Shown: positions 1 through 14,010 of the stretch, in pieces | Numbering within the stretch: position 1 is the first letter of the stretch | Layout: each line of letters starts with the position of its first letter | Origin: the human T2T-CHM13v2.0 reference genome, Homo sapiens | Strand: one strand, 5' to 3' | Assembly (NCBI RefSeq): GCF_009914755.1 | Contig: NC_060940.1 | Length of the DNA: 64,000 bases | The notes under the pieces: model-generated | What the model saw: the letters and a program-made list of their open reading frames with translations, nothing else | Database searches by the model: none | What the model was told of the DNA's origin: nothing | Program-made: the position numbers and the translations under genes

Positions 1-268
1 GATTTCTAGCCTCCAGAACTTTGATTTTTCTGGACATTCAATAGTTCCTCTTTCTCAGATATTTTTCAACTGATGCCAGAAACACTTGGTATTTGTTTTT
101 AATCCAACCCTTTTGTTTTGAGGCTTTGGAGGGTAACACATTTTCATACCCTGTGAGTCCCAGGATCCACAGCTCTGCTGTGGTCTCAGAAGCCACTGAA
201 ACATTGGTGAATGTGAAGTCACTTTTGGGGTGCCTGCCCTCATCCCTCTGTCTCTCTGCTTCCGTGTA

Positions 269-274
269 AATAAA
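269..274 (+). terminator. Candidate poly(A) signal of the upstream gene (likely distal SLC6A2 3'UTR end)
   Basis: AATAAA followed by a TG/T-rich element (ttgtgtcctctctgtgtc). Gene identity is from recalled synteny only; no SLC6A2 coding sequence is visible. Confidence 0.35.
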
Positions 275-2106
275 GACTGTTTCAATTGTGTCCTCTCTGT
301 GTCATGGACTGTTCCAATGTCATGCAGATTTCTGTGTCTGATATGGATTTTAAAAGTTGTTCTCTTCGTGGAATATAAGTGTACAGAATAATAAATAATG
401 TTTCCTGGGCTGTGTATCTGGTAGCAGAGTTCTGAATGCTTTCTTCCATGAAGGTGGAATGCTACAAATTATGTAAGGGAGGTGGGTGTATCTACGATCA
501 GCTTCCAACTAGTAAAGAAGAGCGTCTGGTCATAGTGACCCACCTTTTAATCAAATAACTCTTTTTATAACCTATGGAAAAGGAGATTGGAAGGAGTTAA
601 ATCTGTAATCTTAGCTTTGAGATTAACATATATTTTTAAATAAAAAGAGGGCACCAAGTGATACCAGGTTTAGTTTAGTTTAGTTTTCATTTCTAAGGCT
701 GTTTCAAGGAGCTCAGAACCTCCTGTTGGATTGAATTAAATACACAATTTGGTGCATGTGTGAATTTTTCTGGGGAGAGGGATACATTCACATTTAGACC
801 TTAGAAGATCTAAGTCTTTGTTTGGGGAAGATGTAAGCTGAGTATTGTCATTGTTTGGAGAAGATGTGAACTTATAGGTAATTATTTTTAATGCAAGCCA
901 GCAAATAGATAGTGATACCAATGTAAAAGGGGTGTTGTCAAATAACTGTTCAGTCAATGTCTTCAAATATCTAAAGGCTGTCAGAGAGTGTGTGGTGGGC
1001 CCAAGTGCTGAAATGGTGCCAATGGTAGGAAGTCCAGGAAGACAGCTTGCAAGATTCTACCAGAATAGAGAATGGGCTGTTGCTGGAAGTGGTAACTCCA
1101 GCTCTAGAGATATGCAAGCAGATAGCAGGCAGTGTCTCCTGGGGATGCAATGTCAGGTGGAACTGGGGGGAGGGAGGTTGCACAACCTCTAAGATTCCTT
1201 CCATTTGGAGTTCCTAGGGTTGTTTTTTTTCTTTTTTCTTCTTCTTTTTTTTTTTTTTTTTTTTTTGACAGTCATAAGCCTGCCTTGTACAGCAGCACTG
1301 GGAGATGCAAATACATTCATGCCAAGGACCCTGGGGTAGGAGTGGTTTGGCCTCACAAATTAGAGTTGGGAAGATATCCCAGAGAGGCTATTATCATTCT
1401 GATCATTTTGTTTCAACCCAGAATTGGAGTTGGGCTTTATTATAGTGAATCAAACAGAAGACAGCTGCACTTCTGGCATTCCCTTGTGCCTGACGAGATC
1501 TGGTAAGCAGTGGTCCTGTGGGAGGAGGGGAGGGAGGCTGGTCCAGAGAAGGAAAGGGCAGCTGTTTTGTGGGGGTGATGGAGAATCTGGTGGCCCAGGC
1601 TTCCACCCTGTCCCCTAGGCTGACAACACAGTAGGAGAAGTCGGAGCAGCACAGATAAGCCTCACCTTAGGCACTTAGTGGGCTTCTGAATTTTCCCCAA
1701 TTTAATTGCACCCCATCCTACTTCTGGAGATTGGATAGCTTCATTTTTATCTCCTCCCCAAAGGCACTGATACACGTAGTCTCTATCTGGGGCTCAATTT
1801 GTTCCTCTACAGCGGATCGGGAGTGGTCAGAACTAAGTGTTCATGAATGGGTTTCAAAATTTTTCAGAATCTTCTGAGATTAAATTCAAACTTCTGTTTG
1901 AATGAATTTGTGCTCATTTTTGGGGAAAAAGGATCCAAACATTCATCAAGTTTTCAAATATTTAAAACCCACAAGTATATATTACTTTTGGGGGCCTCTC
2001 TCTTCTGATGATACATGGCATCGGTCTCTGCCCTTCACCCCAAACTAAATGAGGATGACAATAGACCTTATTTCTGAATCTCAGTCACCCCGCATTATGT
2101 TGACTT

Positions 2107-2408
2107 TGTTTTTTTGTCTGTTTGTTTCTGAGACAGGGTCTCACTGTGTCGCCCAGGCTGGAGTACAGTGGTGCGATGACAGCTCACAGCAGTCTTGACC
2201 TCCTGGGCTCAAAGTGATCCTCCCGCCTCAGCCTCCTGAGTAGATGGGATTATAAGTGCATGCCACCACAGTTGTCTAATTTTATTTTTGGTAGAAACAG
2301 TGACTCACTAGATTGCCCAGGCTGGTCTCAAACTCCTGACCTCAAGCAAACCTCCTGCCTTAGCTTCCTGAGTAGCTGGGATCACAGGTGCAGGCCACTG
2401 GGCCTGGC
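2107..2408 (-). mobile_element. AluJ-like SINE
   Basis: Dimeric Alu on the minus strand, flanked by TTGACTTT target-site duplication. Confidence 0.9.
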
Positions 2409-2788
2409 TTGACTTTTCATATCAATCATCCCACAGCAAATACCTCATTTTATCCCGTGACAATGAGCCTGCAAGATAGGCAGCAACAGGAACACCGTGC
2501 CCACTGGACAGATGAGACAACTGAGGCTGGAGCTGAGAAGTGACCCGCCTAAGGTCACGCAGCTACTGAAGGGCAAAGTCAGGTCCCCTCATGCCTGGGT
2601 CAATGCTCTTCACATTATATTCACCGCCCTATGGAAATAAGGTAGAGTGGGGACCAGACAAGTCCTGACGGGTACCACAGAACTGTGGGAAGAGACTGCA
2701 GGGCTATAAGGACTTGGTCACCTAACAGGAGCTTGTTGCAGGGTACTGGGAACATTGCTTCGTCACACAGTCTCAAACAGGACTGGAA

Positions 2789-2831
2789 GGATCAATGCTG
2801 TTAGGGATCAATGCTGTTAGGGATCAATGCT
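2789..2831. repeat. 16-bp tandem repeat, ~2.7 copies
   Basis: GGATCAATGCTGTTAG x2 plus GGATCAATGCT. Confidence 0.9.
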
Positions 2832-5269
2832 CTGGAAAAGTTCTGGCCCCCCAGTGTCCACTTGAGACCAACTACTCTGATGTGATGATTGAGTCATGTT
2901 GGAAAAGTCATTGCTAAGCCTTGGCTCTCCCAGCTGTGAAATGAGAATGTTGGATTGGATGATTCTCTAAAGTCCTTTCTGTTTCTGACTCTATGAGATA
3001 CACTCAGGGAGCCGGCATGAAGTTGATGGGCTAATTCATATGAAGATGTAAATGACTACTTTGTCAGGCAGACAGTGACAGATAAAGGTGGGAGTTGCTG
3101 CCTTTTGTTCATCCTATAAGTTTAGTGCGGGGCTTGGTAAACTATTTCTGTAAAGGTCTCTGTCACAACTTCTCAGCTGCTGTTGTAGCATGAAAGTAAC
3201 CTTATTTATAAGTATCAGGTGGTGGGTTGGATTTGGCCTGAGGTCTGTGGTTTGCAGATCTCTGGTTAGGTGGAAAGAGTGAAGGGTCTGGAGTTGGACT
3301 AGACCTGGGTTTGAGTCTCAGCTTTACCACTGACTGCTGTGAAATCTTGGACAAGTTATGTAAAACTTCCGAAGGCTTTCTTGTTTCTGAAGAGTGAGAA
3401 TAAGATTCCCACAAGAGAGTTTTCAGGAAGGTGAAACAAGGTGATGTACACTTACAGCAACTCTCTGGGGCTGCAGTACCTGGATTCAAGACCTGGTTCC
3501 ATCACTCCACAGTGTGAATCCCTGGGCAAGCCACATAACTTCCCTTTGCCTCCGTTTATCATTCATAAATGGGAAAGACAGTAGTGACCCCTGCTAGGGT
3601 CATGGGGAGAATTAAATGTTAATATTGTATTCAGAATAGTACCACCTACACAGTTTATCCTTTTGTATATTTGGTTCATGTCAGCTATAGGATGAATGTA
3701 TATTTCCTCCTCTCATCACCTCTGCCCATTTCAAAGGCATCCCAGCTACCACTGTGTTTTCACGAAGCCAAATCAGTGTCTGTTTCCTCGTCCTCTTGGA
3801 TCCCCTCCTTAGGATGGTGCCCTCCTTAGGATGATGTCCTTGAACTTGGGTCTGGGTAGCCAAATCCAAGTTTCCCTGGGCCTGAGTGCATGCAACCACC
3901 TGGGCAGAAGTTCAAGCTTCTGGAAATCCCAGGCTCCACAGACCTTGCCTCCTGCAGGAACCGGCTTCCCTGTAAGCCCTCAGCTGTCAGCCCCCATTAG
4001 ACCACTGGCATGGGAGATATTACTCTAGGCTGGCCCTGGTCTTGGCTATGACCTGGAAAGGGAGGAGACCAGAGGGAGACTCCTCGAAGAGCTGGCACTT
4101 GTCTGGGTCCTGGAGTCCTGCTTATCAGCTACCGGCTCTGCCAGCCTCAGGCCTGGGGAAAGCTGGGTCGGGCCAGACTAGCAGGGCATGAGGGTAAGGG
4201 TTGGGCTGCAGTACATCGAGGAGGACCACCCTGTCCCCAGAGAAGGCCCAGCAAGGGTCACAGCCTGGAATGCCCAGGAGCCACAAAGCCACCATCTCTG
4301 CAGCAGAGGGTAGTTGTTAGGTGGGGAGCACTCCACACACCCCTGCAGCTCCAGGCTGCAATCCAGACCCCAGCCCCGGAGGGGCAGACAGGAGTCAGAA
4401 GAAGAGAGGCCTAACACAGCAGTAGCACCTGGTCACAGTCAGCCCAGCAACAGGGCACCTGCCTGCCGTCCACCTCGAGCCATTCCCAGGACCCTGCTAA
4501 ACCTCTTTTCTTGCACCACGGCAACCAAACTGCCTCCTTGTAGTCGCCTTTGACCCCTGACCCACATCTGCAGTCACTTGGTGGTAACAATCCCCTATCA
4601 TGGGGAGAAGGGACAGGGTAGGGCTGGCATTCGAGGCATACCCACTCACATAAGAGCATTGCAGCTCTGGCCTGTCAAATGGACTGCAGAGCCAAACCAG
4701 GGAGTGTCAGAGACAAGATTAGGGGATCTGGGCTCCACAGTTACATTTGTGGAACCCTTGCCCTTGAGTTTTGGAATTGGAAGGACAACAAAGCACAAAG
4801 AGTGTGTGGCTTCATCAAAACAGCTGAGAGGATGAGGCCACATCCTGGCCACACAAGCCCTGGAGTTCCAGGAGGACCAAGGCTTTAGGAGCATCAGCAC
4901 CTTGGACAAGGCCAATTGGCTGATCTGCCTTTAATTAGCAAACAGGTTGGTTTACCTTGTGTCAGTTACTATTCTGAGTGCTTTACAAATATCAGTCACT
5001 GAACCCTCCTAACGACTCCATGAGATAGCATGATTATTCGCATTTATAAATGGGGGAAACTGAGACACAAAGAGCTGAAATAACTAGTTGTTGGAACTGG
5101 GATTTGAACCCGGTAAGTCTGGCTCCAGTCTGTGTCTTTAACCATTGATCTGCCCCCTTCCCTGGTTCCCGGCCACATGGACATGACATGGTCAGGCTGG
5201 TGTGGACATGAGTCCTCCTCTACTTCCATCCCTTCTTCAATTGCAAATGCATAATACTAAATAAATAAC

Positions 5270-5570
5270 TTATGTGTATACATATGTAAGTTGTACACAT
5301 ATATGTAATTTAACACACATATATGTGTTATACACATATATGCCTATTTTTAACAAAAATATGTAAATGTAAATATATATGTATACGTGTGTGTGTCTAT
5401 ACATATATATATACATATATATACATATATATACATATATATACATATATATATACATATATATACATATATATATACATATATATACATATATATACAT
5501 ATATATATACATATATATATATACACATATATATATACATATATATATATATACACATATATATATATAT
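5270..5570. repeat. (TA)n/(TATATATACA)n microsatellite
   Basis: Directly visible; produces the low-complexity YI ORFs. Confidence 0.97.
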
Positions 5571-7839
5571 TTAAGTGCCTACAATGTGATAGGAAGCAAA
5601 CAACTTGCTCTAGATCACATAGTAAGAGGGAATTCAGTTTGGACAGAGGCTCCCTATCTCCTAGGAAAAGTATCTATCCTGGCTTTCTCCAGAAGCCCCC
5701 CAGTCCTGTACTCTCTGGTTCTTTATGCCAAATACAGGTTTAGTCTGGGCTCACTAGCCAAAAGCAAAAAGATTAGGCACATATATGTTAGGATGCAAGT
5801 GACTGCATCTAACAGAAATGTAACTATAGTTTCTTCATAAATGGACTTTTCTTATCCTCTTGTAACAAACAGGCAATGGGTCAGGGAGAAGGTGTTGAGC
5901 AGGAAGAAGATGGAGAAGTAACTTTGGTCCTAGAGAAGGACTTCAACAGGGCCCCCTGCCTGGATGTGTCCAGAAGCCCCAGATGGCTCTGGAGCTGCTT
6001 TAAAAAGTAATAAAAAAATTGGATGCCTTCCAGCTTCTTGTTCCACTATCCATAGCATGTGGTACTCATCCTCATGGAGAAAAGATAGTGAAGCCACCTG
6101 CAGATGCCTTGCCCACCTTTCAGGCAGGAGGAAGGGGGAGGGAGAGAAAAGGTAAAGGCAGAAGACAGTTGAGTCATCTCTTGTCATGCTGGAGGAGCAT
6201 GGCTTCCCCAGAACCCCTCCGCAGTCTGCCTACACCCCATTGGCCAAATCTGTGCAACACAGAACCCGTGACTATAAGAGAGTCTGGAGAAGTAAGAACT
6301 TTTGCTGGGTACGTTGCTGCCCTGAACAGAATCATGGTTCTCTTAGGGAGAGGATGGGAAGGACATTGAGGAGATGCTGATCGCTGCCTCCCTCTCTGCA
6401 GCTTCCTCACCCCAGGTTCCCTCATCTGCTGAGAACAAGAGGGTCCCTGTGGAAAGCACCCTGGACAGAAAGGCCACAGATAAGGGCATCTATGTTCTAT
6501 GGCCTGATATTAGTTACTCCCTTGGGCTCAAGTTGTGGGGACTCAGGACTCAGGTCTTGCAGGAGGAAGACAGACAGACCTGGGGTTGGCATTCACAGAG
6601 GCACCACTGAGCTGGCAGGTAGATATGTCCATTGAGCAGAGTATTTCTGCCCATTCTAGGTTCCCTCTCCTCTTCCCTGGCCTGACAGGTGCGTTAGTAA
6701 CAACGGAGGGAGATTTCTAATTGATAATATGAGCACTACGACCACCAGGTGGCACCAACACACACTTCTGCTGCTAAGCAGAGGCTGAACCCAGACCCTT
6801 CTCAGAGCCTGTCTGAATCCTCAACACTCTCTGGAACCAGGGGAGTGAAAAGCAGTTTTGAATAAATGAAAAGATCCATCTTGTTTTGTTACTATCATAT
6901 CTTGGTTGCACTCATTCGTTCATTCGTTTATTCATTGATCAGAATCATACATGGTCCCACTATGTTCCAGGAAAGAACAATGGAAAACAGAGAAGGAATA
7001 TTCCTGCCCGGGAGGAGCTCTCAGTCTAATGGGGAGAGGGATTGTGTGTTGATAACGAAACATTTATTGAGCACCTATTGCATGCTCATGGAAAGCCCTT
7101 TAGTGGCTCCTCATTTCCTTCAAGGTAAATTCAAGTCCTCAGCCTCTCTGTCTTCATCTCACCCCACCTCTCTGCACCATCACCCTACACTAGCTGCACA
7201 TAATCCAAGCACACCCTGTCTCCCTGAGCCTCAGCCTTAGGCTCTTCCCCCTCTTTCATCTCTCTGAACCTGAATAACTTCTGTTTGTCACTCAAGATAT
7301 CAGACCCTAAAAAATGCCTTTCCTAACCTATCCATCACCACGTTTGCCACATTTATTTAAATGATCTTTCAGGGGACCAGCAAATTTTGAGACAGGAGGC
7401 AATAACTGCTTATTCATATTTGTATGCCTGGTGCTTAGACAAGGATCTGGCACATGTAAGCCTTAAGGGGATGGTTGGGTTTATAGAGATGAATGAGACA
7501 AGGTCATCTCATAACCTAGCAGAGAAATCATGCACAGAGCCCCATGTGGGGAGATCAGAGAGGGCTCCCCATAGCAGGTGGTGCTAGAGTTGCGTCTTAG
7601 GGAAATTCCAGGTCATGAGAACAGTGAAAGTGGCAGCACAGAGGCATGAATCAGTAGCAGAGAGTACAATATCTACAGAAATTTGCAGGGTCCAAGCAGA
7701 GGGGCTGTAGAAGAGCATAAAATTCAGAATATGGAGACATCCTGTGCTGAGATAAGGCAGTGGAACTTTTTCCAGAAGGCAAAAGGGAGCCAAGGGTTTT
7801 AGATGGGTGGAATGATATAATCATAATTGGGTGTAGATG

Positions 7840-8230
7840 GTGCATTAGTGAACGATTGTGGTGTAGCGAACTACCCCCAAACTTATAAAGACAACCATGT
7901 ATTTAACTCGTAAATCTGTGGCCCATCTAGGAAGTTCTGCAGATACTGACCAAGCTCCGCATCTTGATTGGGTTTCCTCATGTGTCTGTAGCTGGCAGGC
8001 CAGTTGGAAACTGGCTGGTCTTAGATCGCCTCCCCTGGGATGTTTTCCTTCCATGCAGTGTCTCATTCCCCAGGGAAATCATGTGGGTTCAAGGGAGTGA
8101 GTGGACATGAGTAAGGCCTCTTAAGGCCTTGGCTGAGAACTGGCTCAGGCACCGTCACGTCTGCCATACATTATTTTGAAACCACATGTAAAAGCTGATA
8201 TATAGAGAGGTGAAAACAATTGTGGCCATT
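7840..8230 (-). mobile_element. MLT1-type (ERVL-MaLR) LTR remnant
   Basis: Resembles the reverse strand of old MLT1 LTRs (accccaaactta..., gaactggc...cgtcacgtctgcca); highly diverged. Confidence 0.5.
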
Positions 8231-8339
8231 CAGATGGCTCACTCTGCCTCTGTAGTGTGGAGAGTAGTGATAGAGAGACCAATTAGGAATCTTACACCAG
8301 CCCAGGTGGGAGGCAAAGGGTGGGTTTAAAACAAATATT

Positions 8340-10045
8340 TTATTTTTTTAAGTTCAAATTTAACTTTTAATTGACATATAGTATTAGGTTCTTTCAAATG
8401 TAATTGCAGTTTTTGTACTGTTGAAATGTGCTGTTTGATATTGGAATACATCCTTAAATAAATGTGGTTATGCTATACATGATTTTAATGCACATATTTC
8501 GCTTTAATTTTTTTGCTAATGACTTATTACTTGCTGTTTATTTCATATTTATTTTAGGCTATGGAAATAATGTTAGACAAAAAGCAAATTTGAATGATTT
8601 TTTTTTAGTTGAAAATGGGTTGTAAAGCAGTGGAGACAACTCACAACATCAACAACACATTTGGCCCAGGAACTGCTAATGAACATACGGTGCAGTGGTG
8701 GTTCAAGAAGTTTTGCAAAGGAGACATGAACCTTGAAGACCAGGAGTGTAGTGACCAGCCATCAGAAGTTAACACTGACCAATTGAGAACAATCATCGAA
8801 GCTGATCCTCTTACAGCTACGGGAGAAGTTGCTGAAGAACTCAACTTGACCATTCTATGATCGTTCGGCGTTTGATGCAAATTGGAAAGGTGAAAAACCT
8901 CAATAAGTGGGTTCTTAATGAGCTGAGCAAAAATTTAAAAAAAGTATTTTTGAAGTGTCATCTTCTCTTATTCTATGCAACAACAATGAACAATTTCTCA
9001 ACTGGATTGTGACATGTGATGAAAAGTGGATTTTATACGGCAACTGGTGACAACTAGGTCAGTGGTTGGACTTAGAAGAAGCTCCAAAGCACTTCACAAA
9101 GCCAAACTTGCACCAAAAAACAAAAGGTCATGGTCACTGTTTGGTGATCTGCTGCCAGTCTGATCCACTACTGTTTTCTGAATCCCAGTGAAACCATTAT
9201 ATCTGAGAAGTATGCTCAGCAAATCGATGAGATGCACTGAAAACTGCAATGCCTGCGACCAGCATTGGTCAACAGAAAGGGTCCAATTCTCCACAACAAC
9301 CAACTGCACATCGCACAACCAACACTTCAAAAGTTGAATGAATTGGGCTATGAAGTTTTGCCTCATCCGCCATATTTACCTGACCTCTAGCCAATTGTCT
9401 ACCATTTCTTCAAGGATCTTGACAACTTTTTGCGGAGAAAATGCTTCCACAAACAGCAGGATGCAGAAAATGCTTTCCAAGAGTTCATCGAATCCCGAAG
9501 TATGGATTTTTACGCTACAGGAATAAACAAACTTATTTCTCATTGGCAAAAATGTATTAATTGTAATGGTTTTTATTTTGATTAATAAGTGTGTTTGAGC
9601 CTAGTTATAATGATTTAAAATTCACAATCCAAAACCACAATTACTTTTGCACCAACCTAATAATTGTACATACTTATGGGGGCACGTAGTGATGTTTCAC
9701 TACACATAATGTACAGTGATCAGATCAGGGTAATTAGAATAGCTATCATCTCAAACATTTAATATTTCTTTGTGTTGGGAATATTCAGTATTCTCCTAGC
9801 TATTTGGAACTGCATAGTACATTATTGTTAACTATAGTCATTCTAAAGTGCTATAGAACATTAGAATGTATTCCTCTTATTTAACTGTAATTTTGTCTCC
9901 CTTAACAAATTTCTCACTATCTTTGCCTTTCCCTACCCTTCCCAGCCTCTAGCATCCTCTGTTCTAGTTTTTTCTTTTATGAGATCAACTTTTTAAAGCT
10001 TCTCAGGATGAGTGAGACCAAGCTTTGTTTGACTTTGTGTTCCTA
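8340..10045 (-). mobile_element. L1MA-type 3' end fragment interrupted by Hsmar1
   Basis: ttttaattgacatatagTA ... TAattgtacatacttatgggg...gatcagatcagggtaattag reads as a continuous L1 3'UTR (reverse) across the insertion. Confidence 0.8.
8384..9660 (+). mobile_element. Full-length Hsmar1 mariner DNA transposon (defective transposase)
   Basis: TIRs TTAGGTTctttcAAAtGTAATTGC... and AAAACCACAATTACTTTTGCACCAACCTAA; TA duplication (8382-83, 9661-62); transposase remnants FGPGTANEHTVQWWFKKF, IVTCDEKWILY, LPHPPYLPDL with stops and frameshifts. Confidence 0.97.
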
Positions 10046-10049
10046 AAAC

Positions 10050-13000
10050 AAAGGTTTTAATAAAACAATACAAAAGGTTGGGCAGGCCAAAGCTACCCCA
10101 ACATTAAAGGCCCCCAAAGAAGTCTGATCTATTTACCCTAAAAGCCAGAAAGGAAAGATTACAATGAGAAACCCGACCAAAAATTGCTTGGGGCTATGAT
10201 TAGGCAGGTTAATCAACTGACAAAAGGGCCAAGGTCCCTTTGCTAAACACCTTGCTGGAAACCCAAGCTTTGTGCACATGAGTGGGTGAAATGGTCAGGA
10301 GTTGGAGAAGAGAAACTCCAGGGCTCCTTGATACCAAAGCCCCTATGTGCTGTGGTGAAGCCCCAGTGTGGGCTATATACAGAATTGTATACAGAATATA
10401 TAATTGTAAAGGCTGATAGGGTTATGAAAGTTGGAATATTTGAACAGGCTTTATGTAAGAAAGCAGTGTCTCCTTTGCCTGAGTGTTTTGTGGGAATGGA
10501 TATTGTCTGGCTGGAGAACACTTCCCTTACCTAGTATTATAAAACTGAAATCTGTTGATATAGTCCTAATGGAGACTATAGTTAGGAATAGAAGAGTTGA
10601 GGGAATTAAGGTGAACATTTGGATGAAAACTAATATGTTTGGGCAGGCTTTATGTGAAGTGCTTGCATCTCCTTTACATGATTGTATTATGGGACTAGAC
10701 ATTGTATCTGACTGGGGAATGTTTCCCCTACCTAGTACTGTAAAACAGAAGGCATATATATCCAACCTCCAAGCAATATTAATTGAACACACTAAATGAG
10801 AACCAGTAAGATTGTCTGAGGGCAGACAGTGTAGACTGGAAGCTGGAGCACTGGTAGGAACAAATTCTCAGCGTGATAGTCCTGGCGGGGCGGGGGCGGG
10901 GGGAGGGGACATAAACCGGGACTTATGGCAAAAGCCTGTGAGTGCCTCCCAGTGATGAACACTGGGACTTTGAACTAGAGAATTTCCACCTGAGGGTCAA
11001 TTATTACCTTGTGATTGGACATTAATTGAAGCTACCTCAGTGACTGAAGGACATAAAACGATCTTAAATCCTGAAATACCCATGATATCTTGGGTGATGT
11101 CAGAGAAACACTCTACTGGGGTTAGGGGGAAGGCAGTGTTCAGAGGTATTCCATGAAAATGAGTTCAATGGAAATAGAATTCAGTGGAAATGGTTTATAC
11201 AGGATCATGCTATCTAGGAGTGCAAGGAGGAGACACTCACAAACAGAGAGTCTCTTTCACCCTAGGACTGATTCCAGAGCTGTGTGAGGAGCTTCTGAAT
11301 TATATTAGTTGTACAGTGCCCTATAAACCATTCTTAACTGAGCACTAAGAGCTGCTTGTTCTGTGGACAGCAATTCCAAGGTGAACGAACATCCTGTTTG
11401 GAAGGCCACCACTTTGTTTGAAGAAAGCAAAAACAAATCAGCTCAATGGGTTGAATTGCATGCTGTTTACCTAGCATGATGGAAGAATTGAACAGTGGGA
11501 AAAGCCCCCATGTTGGGGCCAGTGGCCTGGCCACACACTCAGGCAAGAGGGTAATGGAAACCTGGCCTAGTAAAAGGTTGCTCACAGGGGGCACAGTCCT
11601 ACGGGAATTTGAGGGGTGCATTAAAGTAGGACATGTCAATGCCCTTCAGAAGAATCGCTTTCCAGATTTGAAAGGTAGTTGGAATTGGCAAATAGATGTC
11701 CCTGTGTGCTTGCTTAAGGTGGACACCTGGTTCCATGAAATGAACTGACACTGGGGTAGGGCAGCCACGCAGCTGGAATGAATCTAGGCATATTCCTTTT
11801 GCATCCTCTGAGGCACAAAATGCCAATAAGAACTGTTCTGTTTGCCAGCAGGAGACAGAGGTTCCAGAGGGCTATGTGGCAGACCCTGGTGGGAAGGCCC
11901 TGAACATAGCTGGCAAGTGAGACTGATGGTGGTAGCCCTGGCATGGGGGTGCTAAAAAGGGGTCTTGACCAGAATAGATGCTGTCTCTAGACTGGGTTTT
12001 GCTTACCTGGTGGAAGATGCAAATACTCAGAATGCCATAAAAGAAGTGGAATAGAAGATATTGCACCAATTTGGATGGCAGATTCACATTTCTTCAGGCC
12101 AAGAAATACACAATATAGCCTATAATGTCCAACAATGGGCAGAGAGATCTCCTCCTCAGAATAATAGTTTGATAGAAAATTGGAACAGACAACTAAAACA
12201 TTGGTTGTCTGAAATGGAGGGAGATAAATGCATGAAAGGCTGGCTTGCACATCTTCACAAGTGTATGCTCACACTCAGCAGGAGGAGATGAAGAAGTGCC
12301 CCCACTAGATAGACTCCTCTGTTTTCCTGGTGGATCTGGGAAAGAAGAGATGGGGAGAATGTTGGTGTGACTATGCAATTCTTAGTAGGGAAAGAATATG
12401 CTGATACTATGACTATTTTTTTATCTTCTTCACACTATATCAACTTTTTTTTTCTTTTTCTTATCTGATGCAGTGGTTATAGAACCAGGGCTGATTCCAA
12501 CGACAACAAAAATGTGTAAATTCCTAAGGGCCTGATGGGGCAGATTGTGCTCTGATCCCATCTGTAAAAATTGGGGTTCATAGTAAATGCATTTATATTT
12601 TACCAGGTGGTAGAAACACCCCACTAGTTCTGCACCTGTGTAACTTTACCCTATCTGAATGGGAGTGGACTAAGTGGGAGGCACTTGCTAGACTAGCATT
12701 GCTGCCTGCAATCTGGACCAGCACAGTGGCCAAAACTAATGTACCTTCCGAAAGATGGAAAGTTTAGGCAAAAATGGGGAGAAGGAGGAAGAGTAGCTAA
12801 GGGCAAAGGAATGAATAAATGGGTTGTGTGATGACGGAAATCCAATATATATTAACATCTCAAAAGAGGCTCAGAGCAAGTGATGATATTGTCTCTTAGC
12901 TCCATTATACAGATGCCTAAAAGGCTAAAGCTGTATGTTTGCAGAGTCCAGTCTTGCTTTTGGAACCCAGCAAGATCTCTCCAACAAGGCTACCAGCCCA

Positions 13001-13170
13001 AGTGCTCTCTCCCTGGGAGACATTTTCATACAATATAGCGATGAAGTGAGACTAATTATTAATGATGGAATGGGATTCTAGTAATGCGCCAGTATTTTTT
13101 TGAGTTCTATATTGTTTGCTGTAAAGGGTTTCTGGCCAGAGTGACCCAGAGGGATGGGCTGTGACATCAT
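10050..13170 (+). mobile_element. Degenerate ERVL/MaLR (MLT1-int-like) internal region
   Basis: Protease-like GLLDTKA (~10320), RNase H-like NKSAQWVELHAV (~11430), integrase core LTRIDAVSRLGFAY...ISSGQ...LIENWNRQLK (11960-12200), dUTPase-like PKGLMGQI (~12525). Confidence 0.8.
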
Positions 13171-14010
13171 AAGAAACACATATTAGGGCCCTGGCCTCAG
13201 CCAGGGACCCCTGCAGTCTGGAACATCCAACAAAAGAAACACAGGCACAGCACCAGTGACAGGAGGGGCTTCCTCCAAGGTCCAGGAGTGTACCTGGTAA
13301 GGGGGTTACCTTTCTCCTCCACTGCAATGCAGAGTATGGCTGCAAATGAAAGGAAATACAGAGAAGCCATGCTGCTAAGAGCCTATCTACTGCCCATTAC
13401 CCTTAAGCCACTCTGTATCTTTTAAGATCTAGTGGATCATAGCCTAAACTATAACATCAAAAATATTTTGATATTATGCCCTCCTGTGAAACCAAGGGCA
13501 AGAATTTAGCCACAAATAAAGACCCTGAACAGAACCTTGACCTTCTGAAAACACCCAGAAGCCAACTGACAATACTCAACTTACACCACAGTAAAATGAA
13601 CACAAACCCTCCCAGATGAGAAAGAATCGGTGCAAGAACTCTGGCAACTCAAAAAGCCAGAGTGTCCCCTTACCTCCAAATGAGTCCACTAGATTTCCAG
13701 GAATGGCTCTTAACCAGACTGAAATGACAGGCATAGAACTCAGAATGCAGATGGCAAGAAAGCTCATCAAGATTTAGGAGAAAGTTGAAACCTAACCCAA
13801 GGAATCCAGTAAAACAATCCAAGACCTGAAAGACAAAATAGCCGTTTTAACAAAGAACCAAACTGAACTTCCAGAGCTAAAAAATTCACTACAATAATTC
13901 TATAATATAATTAAAAGTATTATCAACAGAATAGACCAAGATGAGGAAAGAATCTCAGAGCTCAAAGGCCAGTACTTCACATCGACACAGTCAGACGAAA
14001 GTTAAAAAAA

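Noticed and set aside
1-1600. SLC6A2 coding exon
   Set aside because: No transporter-like translation found; only a plausible poly(A) signal, so no gene feature was called.
5270-5840. YI-rich ORFs
   Set aside because: Products of the (TA)n-type microsatellite.
8561-9583. Active mariner transposase or a SETMAR copy
   Set aside because: Multiple stops and frameshifts, no SET domain, degenerate left TIR.
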